Below are positions 40,067 through 50,449 of a DNA stretch of 64,000 bases, in pieces (position 1 is the stretch's first letter; each line of letters begins with the position of its first letter). The position numbers were made by a program, and so were the translations under genes. The stretch comes from an uncultured bacterium (GTDB taxonomy: Bacteria > Patescibacteriota > JACMRA01). A model generated the notes under the pieces. It searched no databases. It saw nothing but the letters and a program-made list of their open reading frames with translations, and was not told the DNA's origin. The DNA is taken from NCBI GenBank assembly GCA_963784355.1, contig CAWAQU010000003.1, positions 115,548-179,547 on the forward strand. Reading direction: 5' to 3'.

Positions 40067-40131
40067 TAATTAGCAAACAAAATGAGCTTGTATCAGAACA
40101 CCAAAGCAAGCTTTAGAAACAAAAACTAATA

Positions 40132-40147
40132 ACCCCCAAAAGGGGGC
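40132..40147. terminator. Hairpin between convergent pheA and rpoC
   Basis: CCCCC-aaaa-GGGGG. Confidence 0.55.
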
Positions 40148-40192
40148 TAAATTATGAACTAATTTCTTGCTTATGTTGATAGAAAGCTTATT

Positions 40193-43100
40193 TTATTCCT
40201 CTCCAACCATTTCAAGCTCGTCAAATTCTTCTTGAACTTCAGCTTCCATGGCTTTTTTAGGATCAAATCCTGTACCGGCAGGAATCAACTGACCTAAAAT
40301 TACATTTTCTTTTAATCCAAGTAAATTATCTTTTCTACCGCTAATTACAGCTTCTACTAGTACTCTGGCAGTTTCCTGGAAAGATGCCGCAGATAAGAAT
40401 GATTCTGTAGATAAAGAAGCTCTAGAGATACCTGTAATAACACGTTTAAAGGTAATAATCTTTTTATGGTTACCAGCTAAGCTCTTATTTTGAGCTAAAA
40501 TTACAGAGAAACTCACAAGATCACCTGTAATAAAATCGCTTTCTCCAGGATCAATTACTTGCACCCTACTACACATTTGTTTTACAATTACCTCAATGTG
40601 CTTTTCATTAACTGTGATACCATTAGCTACATAAATGTCGGTTAATTCAGTTACAATATACTCTTGTAAAGCGTCTAGACCTACCAAATCCAAAATCCCT
40701 TGCAAGTCCAAAGCTCCTTCCGCTAAAGCCTGCCCTCTTTTTACTTTGTTACCTTCTTTTACTGTTACTGATATACCAGGTAATGTTTTGTAACTGATTA
40801 CTTCAGGAGATGTCTGTCTGATTATCAATTGACCTCCATGGCTCTCTAGTCTACCTTTGGCACCTGCTGGAATAGCTTCACCAGTTGATTGAATAATTAA
40901 TGTATCTTTATCGCTTACTTCCACACCCTCAGCTAGTAATAAAGTGTCTTTACTTGCATTGTAGTCTAAATTGTATATTGAGTCTTTGCTTGAAATTGTA
41001 ACTTCATAGCCTTCATCAATATTTCCCTCAACTTTTTCCACCATACCATCTATAGTAACCATTGGAGCGATGTATTTTGGAGTTCTAGCCTCAAAGATTT
41101 CTTCTACTCTAGGTAAACCTGTAGTGATATCTGATTTAGTTACAACACCGTAACTATGTTTAGAACTAATAGTAAGCTGTGTACTTGGTTCTCCAAGACT
41201 CTGAGCAGCAATAATACCCACTGTTACACCCAATTTTACAGGTTGGTGAGTACTAAAGTCTACACCATAACATCTCTGACAGATACCCCTAGATAGCTGA
41301 CATTTTGAAGAAGTTCTAGTCCAAATACTATGAATAGACTCATTTTTTTCCAACTGAGCAATGAAATCTCTAGATAATAAATCTCCCTTAGCTGCTACTA
41401 CTTTACCTTCAACTACAATGTCTTTTGATAAATATCTACCATATACTCTTTCCCACAATGTCTTATTAACAGCCTTACTATCTTCCACAGTATACATAAC
41501 TCCTTCATCGGTTCCACAGTCCTCGGCCATGATAATCATGTTCTGAGCAATGTCTACAAGTCTCCTAGTTAGATAACCCGCATCAGCAGTTTTCAATACC
41601 AAATCGGCCTGTCCTTTTCTTTGCCCTTTCATACTGATGAAAAACTCCAAACCTGTAAGTCCTTCAAGGTATCCATGTTGAGCAGGCAACTCAATAATTC
41701 TACCGGCAGCATCTACAGACAAACCTCGAATACCTACCATCAAATTCAACTGAGATACATTTCCTCTAGCCCCAGATCTAATCATCATCGCGATATTACC
41801 TGAATAATCAAGCTTTTTCTCAGTCATTTTAGCAATATCATCAGATACACCTCTCCACACATTAACAATCTGCTTATGTCTATCCTTTTCTGTTAACATT
41901 CCCATGTTTTCGAATTTGTTCTGGATTTGGAGTACTTTTTCTCTAGCTTCACTAACTAATTCATGCTTGCCAACAGGCTGTTCAAGGTCAAAACATGACA
42001 TAGAAATACCTGAAATTGTAGCATATTTGAATCCAACATTTTTCAAAGTATCCAAAATTTTCGACATTCTGTCTTGTCCTAATTGGAAGAAGAAAGAGTT
42101 GATAAGCTTACCGTAAGTTTTCTTACTTAAAGTCTCATTTACAAAAGCTACTTCTTCAGGGAAACAACGATTAAATACGATTCTGCCAGCTGTAGTAACC
42201 AAGATCTTAGATCTTTCAAAACCTTTACTGATTTTTACTTTAATTGGCTGATTGATAGCAATTCTTTCATTATCAAAAGCTGAGACTGCATCATTTTCAC
42301 TTGCAAAAACTTTTAATTTTCTATCATCTTCAAATTCTTCGCTTCGAGTTAAGTAATAAATTCCCAACATGATATCTCTATCATCTCCAATCATAATAAT
42401 CTCACCACTAGCAGGCTTCAGTAGATTTTTGGTTGAAACCATTAAGTTTTTAGCTTCTTCCTGTCCTTTTACCGTAATTGGTAAGTGAACAGCCATCTGG
42501 TCACCGTCAAAGTCAGCATTGAACGCTCTACAAACAAGCGGGTGGATTCTGATTGCTTTACCTTCAACCAATACAGGCTTAAAGGCCATAAATGATAGTC
42601 TGTGCAAAGTAGGAGCACGATTTAAAAGCACATATTTATCCTGAATTACTTCATCCAAAATATCATATACCGTGGAATTTTTTGATTCAATCAATCTTCT
42701 TGCGGAGTGTACGTTGAAAGCTTGGAATTCTTCAGGTAATAGGCCCTGTTCTGATTTAGTGATAATTCTACCCATCAAAAACGGTTTGAAAAGCTCAAGT
42801 GCCATTTCTTTTGGAAGTCCACACTGATCAAGCTGTAGATTTGGTCCGATAATAACTACAGAACGACCTGAATAATCTACACGTTTTCCTAATAGATTCT
42901 GTCTAAACCTACCCTGTTTTCCTTTCAATACGTCAGTCAAAGATTTCAAAGGTCTTTTAGCTCCGGTTGAAGCCATAACTTGTTTTCCACCTCTAGCTGA
43001 GTTGTCGATAAGAGCCTCTACCGCCTCTTGAAGCATTCTCTTTTCATTTCTCAAAATTACTTCAGGAGCTCCAATTTGGATCAATTTTCTCAAACGGTTA

Positions 43101-44161
43101 TTACGATTAATCAGACGTCTGTAAAGCTCATTAAGGTCAGACGCAGCAAATCTACCACCATCCAACTGCAACATAGGTCTCAAGTCAGGAGGTAAAATCA
43201 TTACCCTTCTCAAGATCATCCACTCAGGTCTGGTATCGTTATTAATAAAGTTTTTAATAAGTTTAAATCTCTTTGAATATTTCTTTTTAGCCTGCCCCTT
43301 ACTACTATTCATTTTATCCTTTAGATCACTAAACTCTTGCTCCAAATTGATATTCCTAAGTAAAGATTCTACAGCCTCAGCACCAATTTCAGCCTTGAAT
43401 ACAGGGCCGAATTTTTGAGCTAACTCCTGATACATTACCTCAGTAATAACATCTTTGTAAGTTAAAGCACTCAATTCTTTTTTAGCTACTTCAGCGATTG
43501 TTTCGATTCTGGCAACTGTTTCAGATTGTTGTGATTTTAAAATTTCTTTATCAGCTTCGTACTTGTTTTTCAAAGCCTCAGGCTCATAATTGCCACTTGA
43601 TTTATCTATTTGATATTGTCTTGAAAGTTCGTCAAATTTCTTATCGTAATCAGCTCTAGTAGTTTTAATTCTTGTTTGCCCTTCTTTTTCAATTTTAGCT
43701 AAATATTCTTCGCGAATTGTCTCGTTGACTTCAGTGATTATATAAGCTGAGAAATAAGTTACCCTACTAATATCAGTAGTTTTCATGTCCAAAAGTAAAG
43801 CTACTCTGGAAGGGATAACCCTCAAAAACCAAGGGTGTACACAAGGTGCTGCAAGAGTAATATGCCCCATTCTTTCTCTACGTACAGATGAGTGAGTTAC
43901 TTCCACACCGCATTTATCGCAGATAACACCGGAATATCTGAATCTCTTGTATTTTCCACAAGCACATTCCCAATCTTTAATAGGACCAAAAATAGCCTGA
44001 CAGAAAAGCCCGTTCATTTGGGGAGTACCTGTACGATAATTAATTGTTTCGGCAGTTAATACTTCTCCATAGCTCATGTTTAACATCTCCTCAGGAGACA
44101 TCAATTCTAAGCTTACAGAATCTACATTTTTTAAGTTACTTGGAATGGCTACGTAGGGCAT
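40193..44161 (-). CDS. rpoC: RNA polymerase beta' subunit
   Basis: Zn finger CACGKYK..CDKC, GKRVDYSGRSV, NADFDGDQMAVH, GLKENVILG. Confidence 0.99.
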   Translation of the reverse strand: MPYVAIPSNLKNVDSVSLELMSPEEMLNMSYGEVLTAETINYRTGTPQMNGLFCQAIFGPIKDWECACGKYKRFRYSGVICDKCGVEVTHSSVRRERMGHITLAAPCVHPWFLRVIPSRVALLLDMKTTDISRVTYFSAYIITEVNETIREEYLAKIEKEGQTRIKTTRADYDKKFDELSRQYQIDKSSGNYEPEALKNKYEADKEILKSQQSETVARIETIAEVAKKELSALTYKDVITEVMYQELAQKFGPVFKAEIGAEAVESLLRNINLEQEFSDLKDKMNSSKGQAKKKYSKRFKLIKNFINNDTRPEWMILRRVMILPPDLRPMLQLDGGRFAASDLNELYRRLINRNNRLRKLIQIGAPEVILRNEKRMLQEAVEALIDNSARGGKQVMASTGAKRPLKSLTDVLKGKQGRFRQNLLGKRVDYSGRSVVIIGPNLQLDQCGLPKEMALELFKPFLMGRIITKSEQGLLPEEFQAFNVHSARRLIESKNSTVYDILDEVIQDKYVLLNRAPTLHRLSFMAFKPVLVEGKAIRIHPLVCRAFNADFDGDQMAVHLPITVKGQEEAKNLMVSTKNLLKPASGEIIMIGDDRDIMLGIYYLTRSEEFEDDRKLKVFASENDAVSAFDNERIAINQPIKVKISKGFERSKILVTTAGRIVFNRCFPEEVAFVNETLSKKTYGKLINSFFFQLGQDRMSKILDTLKNVGFKYATISGISMSCFDLEQPVGKHELVSEAREKVLQIQNKFENMGMLTEKDRHKQIVNVWRGVSDDIAKMTEKKLDYSGNIAMMIRSGARGNVSQLNLMVGIRGLSVDAAGRIIELPAQHGYLEGLTGLEFFISMKGQRKGQADLVLKTADAGYLTRRLVDIAQNMIIMAEDCGTDEGVMYTVEDSKAVNKTLWERVYGRYLSKDIVVEGKVVAAKGDLLSRDFIAQLEKNESIHSIWTRTSSKCQLSRGICQRCYGVDFSTHQPVKLGVTVGIIAAQSLGEPSTQLTISSKHSYGVVTKSDITTGLPRVEEIFEARTPKYIAPMVTIDGMVEKVEGNIDEGYEVTISSKDSIYNLDYNASKDTLLLAEGVEVSDKDTLIIQSTGEAIPAGAKGRLESHGGQLIIRQTSPEVISYKTLPGISVTVKEGNKVKRGQALAEGALDLQGILDLVGLDALQEYIVTELTDIYVANGITVNEKHIEVIVKQMCSRVQVIDPGESDFITGDLVSFSVILAQNKSLAGNHKKIITFKRVITGISRASLSTESFLSAASFQETARVLVEAVISGRKDNLLGLKENVILGQLIPAGTGFDPKKAMEAEVQEEFDELEMVGEE

Positions 44162-44349
44162 AAACAGAAATTGATAAAGAGTTAGTTTTTTTGTTTGGTT
44201 TTGTTAGCGTGTTAAAATACCTTGCAACTTACTTTGATATCTGATACAATCTCATTCTGTAGAGTTTGTTTGTAAACGCAAAAATTTCCTTGAAACAAGG
44301 ATAGTCATTATTTACAGAACTTCTGTGTAAAATATCAGCACTATAAATA

Positions 44350-44377
44350 AGTATAAGAAATTATTCGATTTTGTCAA
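44350..44377 (-). promoter_or_regulatory. Promoter for stand-alone rpoC
   Basis: TTGACA-16-TATACT about 190 nt upstream of ATG. Confidence 0.6.
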
Positions 44378-44524
44378 GGACTCAAAAACTTATTTAGTTT
44401 GAAAAAGTTTGGATTGGTTTTAGATCAAATGTAGTTATGTACAGCTGAGAATGTTGTCGGATTTTTATATTGAGAATTGATAAGTAACTTAATAACGACT
44501 TCCTAACAATCATAATCCAAACTT

Positions 44525-45265
44525 TTACCAAGGTAATTCTTCGCCCTTATTATTCAAAAACTTACCTGAATCTTGTAACTGCAAATTTTCAATTACTTTT
44601 AGCATAGACTCTACGGCCTTTTCAGGAGTTTCATCGGCATCTTTTCGACCTAACCTAGTTTGAACAAAACCCGGATGTAGTGCTACAGTCACTATACCAA
44701 ACGGCAATAAATCTGCTGCTGATATTTTAGTAAATATATTAAGTAAAGTTTTGCTCATGGTGTAAGCGTAGGCCCCTCCACTAGTAGTTAGGCTAATTGA
44801 ACCGGAAATTGAGGACATTTCAATCACCTTCGAGTTTATTCCTTTTTGCAATAATTTTAGAGAGTGTTTTAGCACAATCATCGCCGATATTGAGTTGACT
44901 TGGATGAGTTGCAAAATTCTTGCGCCGTCAAATTCTTCAATTTTATTAAACTTAGGTAATTCACTAACATCTTCCACCAAAAATTTAGGTAGCGTGGCAG
45001 CATTATTGATAAGTAAATCAAGTTTTCCAAATTCCTGTTCAATTTCTTGAGCTACTTGTGCTATATCTTTTTCTTCAGTTACATCTAGTTGTTTAAATAC
45101 AACTTTTAAACCCTGAGACTCAAGTATTTTAGTTGATTCCAAGCCTTTTTCTTTATTCCTAGCAGTTAAAATAACTGTGTAGCCTTTAGCTAACTGCTTA
45201 CATAGTTCAAATCCTATTCCGGTATTTGCTCCAGTAACTAAAGCTATTTTTTGAGTGGATTCCAT
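44525..45265 (-). CDS. Short-chain dehydrogenase/reductase (CsgA-like)
   Basis: VTGANTGIG, LINNA, YTMSK, LHPGFVQT. Confidence 0.9.
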   Translation of the reverse strand: MESTQKIALVTGANTGIGFELCKQLAKGYTVILTARNKEKGLESTKILESQGLKVVFKQLDVTEEKDIAQVAQEIEQEFGKLDLLINNAATLPKFLVEDVSELPKFNKIEEFDGARILQLIQVNSISAMIVLKHSLKLLQKGINSKVIEMSSISGSISLTTSGGAYAYTMSKTLLNIFTKISAADLLPFGIVTVALHPGFVQTRLGRKDADETPEKAVESMLKVIENLQLQDSGKFLNNKGEELPW

Positions 45266-45404
45266 AGGTTTAAGTAAATTATGCATTAGGTATATTAAAA
45301 AATGTGTTCTACTGAAAAAGAGTTATAAAAGTGAATTTAGTCAATTCTCTAGCTTTGAAGAGAAAATGGAGTATATAATAGTAACAAATCTATGATAAGC
45401 TAAC

Positions 45405-45665
45405 TTATTCATAATGAAATCTGCATTTTGCAATAACTACACTATCTTTGTCTATATAGTAAACTAATCTATGTTCATTAGTTATTCGTCTGCTCCAAAA
45501 ACCTTTAAAATCATGCTTGAGAGCTTCGGGTTTACCGATACCTTCAAATGGGGTTTTACTTATGGATTCGAATAGTTGAGCAATTTTAGCTAAAGTTTTG
45601 GGCTCATTTTTAGCAAAATATACCATGTCTTCAATAGCCTGCTTACTTAGCGATATTTTGTACAT
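45405..45665 (-). CDS. yoeB: Txe/YoeB family toxin
   Basis: PFEGIGKPEALK, WSRRITNEHRLVY, CRFHY. Confidence 0.93.
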   Translation of the reverse strand: MYKISLSKQAIEDMVYFAKNEPKTLAKIAQLFESISKTPFEGIGKPEALKHDFKGFWSRRITNEHRLVYYIDKDSVVIAKCRFHYE

Positions 45666-45918
45666 AGCTAATTACCTCATCTACATTTTTGAAGGTTAAA
45701 GGTTTTTCATTATTTTTTGCTTCTTCTAGCATTTTGTACATACTTTTCTTGTTGGCCTCTGTACTAAGTAGATATTCAGTTGCATCTAAGTCATCGATTA
45801 ATCTTTTCTTTACATAATTAGACAACGGCCTATGTTCTTCCTGTGCTTTTTTCTTTATTAAATTATATAAAGGTGTAGGAATTCTAATAGCGATTAGCTT
45901 TGAATTGGTTTGAGACAT
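45643..45918 (-). CDS. Antitoxin with RHH-like N-terminus and YefM-like C-terminus
   Basis: IAIRIP..LY..IKKKA..EHRPLSNYV; ATEYLLSTEAN; overlaps toxin gene. Confidence 0.8.
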   Translation of the reverse strand: MSQTNSKLIAIRIPTPLYNLIKKKAQEEHRPLSNYVKKRLIDDLDATEYLLSTEANKKSMYKMLEEAKNNEKPLTFKNVDEVISYVQNIAK

Positions 45919-45932
45919 AATTTATGTATGTA

Positions 45933-45961
45933 ATTGTATAACAATATATAACAACTGTCAA
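45933..45961 (-). promoter_or_regulatory. TA operon promoter
   Basis: TTGACA-17-TACAAT, with repeated TATAACAA motifs overlapping it. Confidence 0.65.
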
Positions 45962-46065
45962 TATGTGGTTGATTTCATTAAGAGATAGGGCCCCCCTCAA
46001 TTGACAACAAAAGTAATAAAACCAATCTTAAACTACTAATTTACTAGTCTAAAGATTTTATTTAT

Positions 46066-46659
46066 ATGAACAAAGAGTGCCGGGTTTTATGCTATGGGGA
46101 CTCAAATACTTGGGGGCAGTTACCATTTGAATATAAAAGATATCTGGAAAGCATTCGCTGGACCAAAGTTGTTGAAACTATTTCTAATGGTAGTTTTGAG
46201 ATGATAGAAGAAGGTTTATGCGGTAGATGTGCCGGTGATATAGACAGAATAAAGACTTATCAAAACGGATTTGGCATGTTTTTTCCGACATTACTTTCAC
46301 AATTTCCCTTTGATTTTGTTTTGATTTTTCTGGGGACAAATGATTTAAAAGCAGAGTATAAGCAAAGTCCGGAAGATGTGGTAGTAAATTTATTAAAATA
46401 CGAAGAGGTGCTTCACAAAACCTTTCCTGATATACCTTTAATATATATAATTCCTCCAACATTTACTATTGCTGATACTAATTTTGATGGAATCAATAAA
46501 AAATTTACTGAAATTTCAGATATACTCACAAAACACAAGAAAAATATAATAAATTTGAAGCAAATTGTAGTTGATAGCGAAGACGGTCTACATTTTACAC
46601 CTGAAAATCATAGAGATGTTGCGGAGGTGGTTAATTTAAATACAAGACGGTTTATTTAG
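46066..46659 (+). CDS. SGNH/GDSL hydrolase
   Basis: CYGDSNTWG, EEGLCGR, LGTND, DGLH. Confidence 0.9.
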   Translation: MNKECRVLCYGDSNTWGQLPFEYKRYLESIRWTKVVETISNGSFEMIEEGLCGRCAGDIDRIKTYQNGFGMFFPTLLSQFPFDFVLIFLGTNDLKAEYKQSPEDVVVNLLKYEEVLHKTFPDIPLIYIIPPTFTIADTNFDGINKKFTEISDILTKHKKNIINLKQIVVDSEDGLHFTPENHRDVAEVVNLNTRRFI

Positions 46660-46849
46660 GTAAAATATTTTTTTAACACCTGGTTTCATATCTTATTTAC
46701 TCCAACTACTCAATAATTAAATTTAACTCTAAATTAAAAACTCCCAATAATTTTCACGAATGATAACAGAAATAGCACTTTAATTGTTAGTGAAATAACA
46801 AAAATATACCAAATATTGCTATTGTAGTTATTTTTAAATAGCTTGCAAT

Positions 46850-47920
46850 CTATTGCCTATTTGGGTCAATCAACTCATACTTACTGGCCCTTCCCCTACC
46901 TGCTCGCTCAATCTTTTTAAGCTGTAATAAAGTAGCTATAATATTCTCTACTGTTTTAATGGAGATACCAGTTTTATCTGCTATTTCTTTTCGGCTCAGT
47001 GTTTTTTCTACCTGAAATAGTTCCCAAACCTGATTTTGCTTATCACTCAAAAGATGCCTGATACTTCCTGATTTAATTAAATTAATAGCCTGGTCTGCCT
47101 GATTTTTTAAGATTTCCAGCATGTAAAAAAGCCAAAAAGTCAAATCTTCTTTTTCAGTTTTCCAGGTATTAGTTGATTTTCTAAGAGATAGATAGTAATC
47201 AACTTTAGTTTCCTCAATTAATTTTTCCAAAGAAACATACTTAGTTAAAGTATAACCTGATTTTAATAATAGCAAGTTTGTTAGTACCCTACTAGCTCTT
47301 CCATTACCGTCTTTAAATGGGTGAATACAGAGAAATTCAAATACAAAATTATTAATTACTAGAAGTGGGTGAAATATTTTGTTATTAAAAGCTTCCTGGG
47401 TCCATTTTACTAATTCTTTAATTTCATCTGGAGTTTCTTCAGCTGTACTTGGATCAAAAATAATACCTATTACCTGACCTAATTCATTTATTGCTACTAC
47501 TTGGTTTGACGTAATTTTATAGCCGCCTTTATGCTTATCATCCTTTTCACTATACTTTAATAGCACTGAGTGAATTTGTTTGATAGTCAGCACATTAAAT
47601 TCAATATTTTGAAAATCCTTAAACACATATTTAGTCATCTCCAAATATCCGGCTACCTCTTGCTGATCTCTAGTTTCTAATTTCCTAATCTTTGTTTGTT
47701 TTAAAAATAGTTCTACTTCATCATCATTCATTTTTGAACCCTCAATACGAGTTGAAGCTCCGGTGCTAGATACAATGGTGTTAGTTTCTAAAGTTTTTAA
47801 AAATCGTGGAGATAAACTACTAGAAATTGACCACTCCCTGTTTTGACTATCAATATAGGTTAAGAAATTTTGTACCTTAATGTTACTAGTTAAGTCAAAA
47901 TTAAGTCGAGTACTTATGAT
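46850..47920 (-). CDS. Fic-domain protein with C-terminal winged HTH; start non-canonical or mutated
   Basis: HPFKDGNGRASR; frame open upstream of ATG 47731 through STGASTRIEG to about 47938 with no ATG/GTG/TTG. Confidence 0.8.
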   Translation of the reverse strand: MISTRLNFDLTSNIKVQNFLTYIDSQNREWSISSSLSPRFLKTLETNTIVSSTGASTRIEGSKMNDDEVELFLKQTKIRKLETRDQQEVAGYLEMTKYVFKDFQNIEFNVLTIKQIHSVLLKYSEKDDKHKGGYKITSNQVVAINELGQVIGIIFDPSTAEETPDEIKELVKWTQEAFNNKIFHPLLVINNFVFEFLCIHPFKDGNGRASRVLTNLLLLKSGYTLTKYVSLEKLIEETKVDYYLSLRKSTNTWKTEKEDLTFWLFYMLEILKNQADQAINLIKSGSIRHLLSDKQNQVWELFQVEKTLSRKEIADKTGISIKTVENIIATLLQLKKIERAGRGRASKYELIDPNRQ

Positions 47921-47929
47921 ATAAAAATT

Positions 47930-47981
47930 TCTCCTACGTCATATAAGGAGATTAGAGGAGATATGAGGAGATATGATGAAA
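47930..47981. repeat. Operator-like array: one inverted and three direct AGGAGA at 10-bp period
   Basis: TCTCCT 47930-47935; AGGAGA at 47946, 47956, 47966. Confidence 0.75.
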
Positions 47982-48054
47982 TTCATCTAGTTAATATACC
48001 TTTTTAAATTAATTTTGTTCAACGATCAAATGATTCTATTTGTTATGCATAATT

Positions 48055-48099
48055 TAATCGCAGTGACTATGCGATTATTTTGCGAATAAATTGCGATTA
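48055..48099. repeat. Operator-like array: one inverted and three direct TGCGA(T/A)TA at 11-bp period
   Basis: TAATCGCA 48055-48062; TGCGATTA 48070, TGCGAATA 48081, TGCGATTA 48092. Confidence 0.75.
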
Positions 48100-48114
48100 A
48101 GCTAACTGGTGGTG

Positions 48115-48720
48115 TCAAACAAATTCACTGTATACGATATCAGCATTTTTATCAGGTTCATTGTCAGTAATATATTGCTCTTGAATATTTATCCAAGTTT
48201 CCCAGTTTTTATCAACTGATTCCTCACTCCAGCCTTTCTCATTAATATCCCTATTTTTGGCTCTTGCTAGTGCAGTTTGCAGGTCCATTTCTATCCAAAT
48301 AGATAAAGTATAGTATTTCAATAAATCTTTATTCAAAGCAATCAGCCCCTCAATCAAAATCGGTTTATTTGGGTAGATATTAATATTTTCTTTTTTGCCT
48401 GTATAGCTGTTATCCGTCCACAAATTCTTTTTGTATGTTCCGGTTCTATTTTCGGTAATAGGCTGAAGTAATTCATCAACAAAACTTTCGCTATTCCAAA
48501 AGTACTCTGCCGGTGATAAATTTATAAAATCAAAATAATCGTCCGTGTTGATTAATTGGAAATCAAATTTTTCTTGCAACTTTTTAGCTAGTGTACTTTT
48601 GCCACTTCCACCCCTACCATCAATTGCAATAATTAAAGGTTTATGCGTTTGGCTAGCTTGGCTCAAAACTTGTTCTATTTCTTCAAATAATTGAGCTTGG
48701 TTATCAATGTTTTTGGGCAT
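48115..48720 (-). CDS. Uridine-kinase-like P-loop kinase
   Basis: IAIDGRGGSGKSTLA, TDDY, ILIEG. Confidence 0.8.
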   Translation of the reverse strand: MPKNIDNQAQLFEEIEQVLSQASQTHKPLIIAIDGRGGSGKSTLAKKLQEKFDFQLINTDDYFDFINLSPAEYFWNSESFVDELLQPITENRTGTYKKNLWTDNSYTGKKENINIYPNKPILIEGLIALNKDLLKYYTLSIWIEMDLQTALARAKNRDINEKGWSEESVDKNWETWINIQEQYITDNEPDKNADIVYSEFV

Positions 48721-48777
48721 AAATGGGTTGTAAGTGACATTAAAATCATTAGCAGAATTCACTTATCCACACAAGAG

Positions 48778-49435
48778 TTAGTCTTCTCTTTCAGTTATCA
48801 CCTTTACAACTTCTGCTTTTAAATCTTCCAAAGATTTTCCTGATCGCAAGTAAATTGATAAACTGCTTTTACAGCAATCCCGAAGTAATTTTTCGTAATA
48901 ATTTAATGAATTTTGTACTTCGGAAAGGGAAATTTGCATTTCGTAGTCGTAGTTGTTTGGCGAAGGAATTGATGGGTCTCTATCAGGATTAAGTGTTTTT
49001 TGAAGAATGTGAAACTTGAATTTATTAGCTAAAAGCCTAGCCATATCATCCGAAATCACAGAAGCATGTATATTATTCTGACTGTATTCTAAGCCTATTT
49101 TAAATAGTGAAACTAAATAGAAAGCAGTAACCAAAGACCCAAGCTGCTAATTTAAATCGATTTATTTGTTTGATTTCCGCACCATAAGGGTATATTTCGT
49201 CAACATTGATAGTTTTATTTTTATAAAAATAGCTTACAATGCGAGTATCGTCTCTACGAGTATGATCTGTAGCGTTACCCAGATAATATACATATTCATA
49301 ACCTATTAAAAATTTTACCTCTTCAAAGTGTGAGTACTTTTGTATTTCTTGAGATAGTTCTTTTAAAGCGTTTTCAAGTTCAGACTCTTTGATTTCTATT
49401 TTTATATTTCTTTCCCGTACGTGATTTTCAGACAT
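48778..49435 (-). pseudogene. Hypothetical protein, probably one gene frameshifted near 49135
   Basis: Two same-strand ORFs overlapping 35 nt within a hydrophobic segment; second ORF has only a TTG start. Confidence 0.45.
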
Positions 49436-49589
49436 ATTATGACTTAATTATACCACCTTTTTTAGGTTTGGGCAATTTTACCTCATCTTTATAATTAAGC
49501 TAAATTATAACTAATTGACAGTCGGTTCAAAAAGTGATTGGTTTATGTCATAAAATTTTAGATATTTTCCTAATAACATCAATTTAATT

Positions 49590-50063
49590 ATGGCGGATTC
49601 AAATCAAGAACAAAACGAAAACTTAGTTAAAGTCTGGGCTGAGGTTACAGGTTTTTGGGCTGAAGTCTGCAGTGGTGAATCTATGTGGGCTGAGGATTTG
49701 GGTAATGATTTATACAGGCTCCGCAATTCCCCATTTTATTTGTATGGCTATAGTTTTAATGATATAGTTTATGCAAAATTTGATCCTAGCATCGAAAAAA
49801 GGGTTATTCAAAATACGCACGAACTTGGTGGCCACTCTACTTATAGAATTATGATAACTGAGAACACGCAAACAACTAGATTTGAAGAGCTGCTTGAATT
49901 ACTTGATCAAGAGCATGCTTACTTTGAAGGAGTAGACGATAAATATTTCGCAATTGATGTCGAGCCCCAAGCAAATATTCAGAAGGTACTAAAATTATTA
50001 AATTTAGGAGTCACAGAAAAGATTTGGGAATTTGAAGAAGCAAATTTAGAGCATGATTTGTAA
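49590..50063 (+). CDS. DUF4265-like protein (putative immunity protein)
   Basis: ESMWA...NSPFYLYGYSFNDIV...GGHSTYRI. Confidence 0.75.
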   Translation: MADSNQEQNENLVKVWAEVTGFWAEVCSGESMWAEDLGNDLYRLRNSPFYLYGYSFNDIVYAKFDPSIEKRVIQNTHELGGHSTYRIMITENTQTTRFEELLELLDQEHAYFEGVDDKYFAIDVEPQANIQKVLKLLNLGVTEKIWEFEEANLEHDL

Positions 50064-50200
50064 TTAAGTGATATGTTTTAGTAGCATCCATATTAAACAC
50101 AAAAGTACCACATGATCTTTTTCATTTCATTATGATTTATTCGAACATGTTTGATCATTATAACTAATAATAACTGTGGTGAGTTATCTAGTCTAGAGCC

Positions 50201-50449
50201 TTAGGATTTATTAGAAAATGGATAGTTTTTCAGAAAGCTTATTACATCAAATACTTTAGTTTCTAAAACTGCCGATATTTGTAGCATTTTCAAAAAAGAA
50301 ATATTCCTTTCACCTCGTTCGATAGAGCCTATATAACTTCTATGTAAACCAGCTTTTTTAGCAAACTCTGCTTGAGTAAGTTTTTGTTTTTTGCGGTATT
50401 CTTTAATTGACCTTCCTAAAAGGATTAGATATTTGTTAAATTCGGACAT
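50201..50449 (-). CDS. XRE-family HTH regulator (controller-protein-like)
   Basis: TQAEFAKKAGLHRSYIGSIERGERN. Confidence 0.88.
   Translation of the reverse strand: MSEFNKYLILLGRSIKEYRKKQKLTQAEFAKKAGLHRSYIGSIERGERNISFLKMLQISAVLETKVFDVISFLKNYPFSNKS

Noticed and set aside
47930-48099. CRISPR array or replication iterons
   Set aside because: Repeats are 6-8 bp with 3-4 bp gaps; no spacers, cas or rep genes
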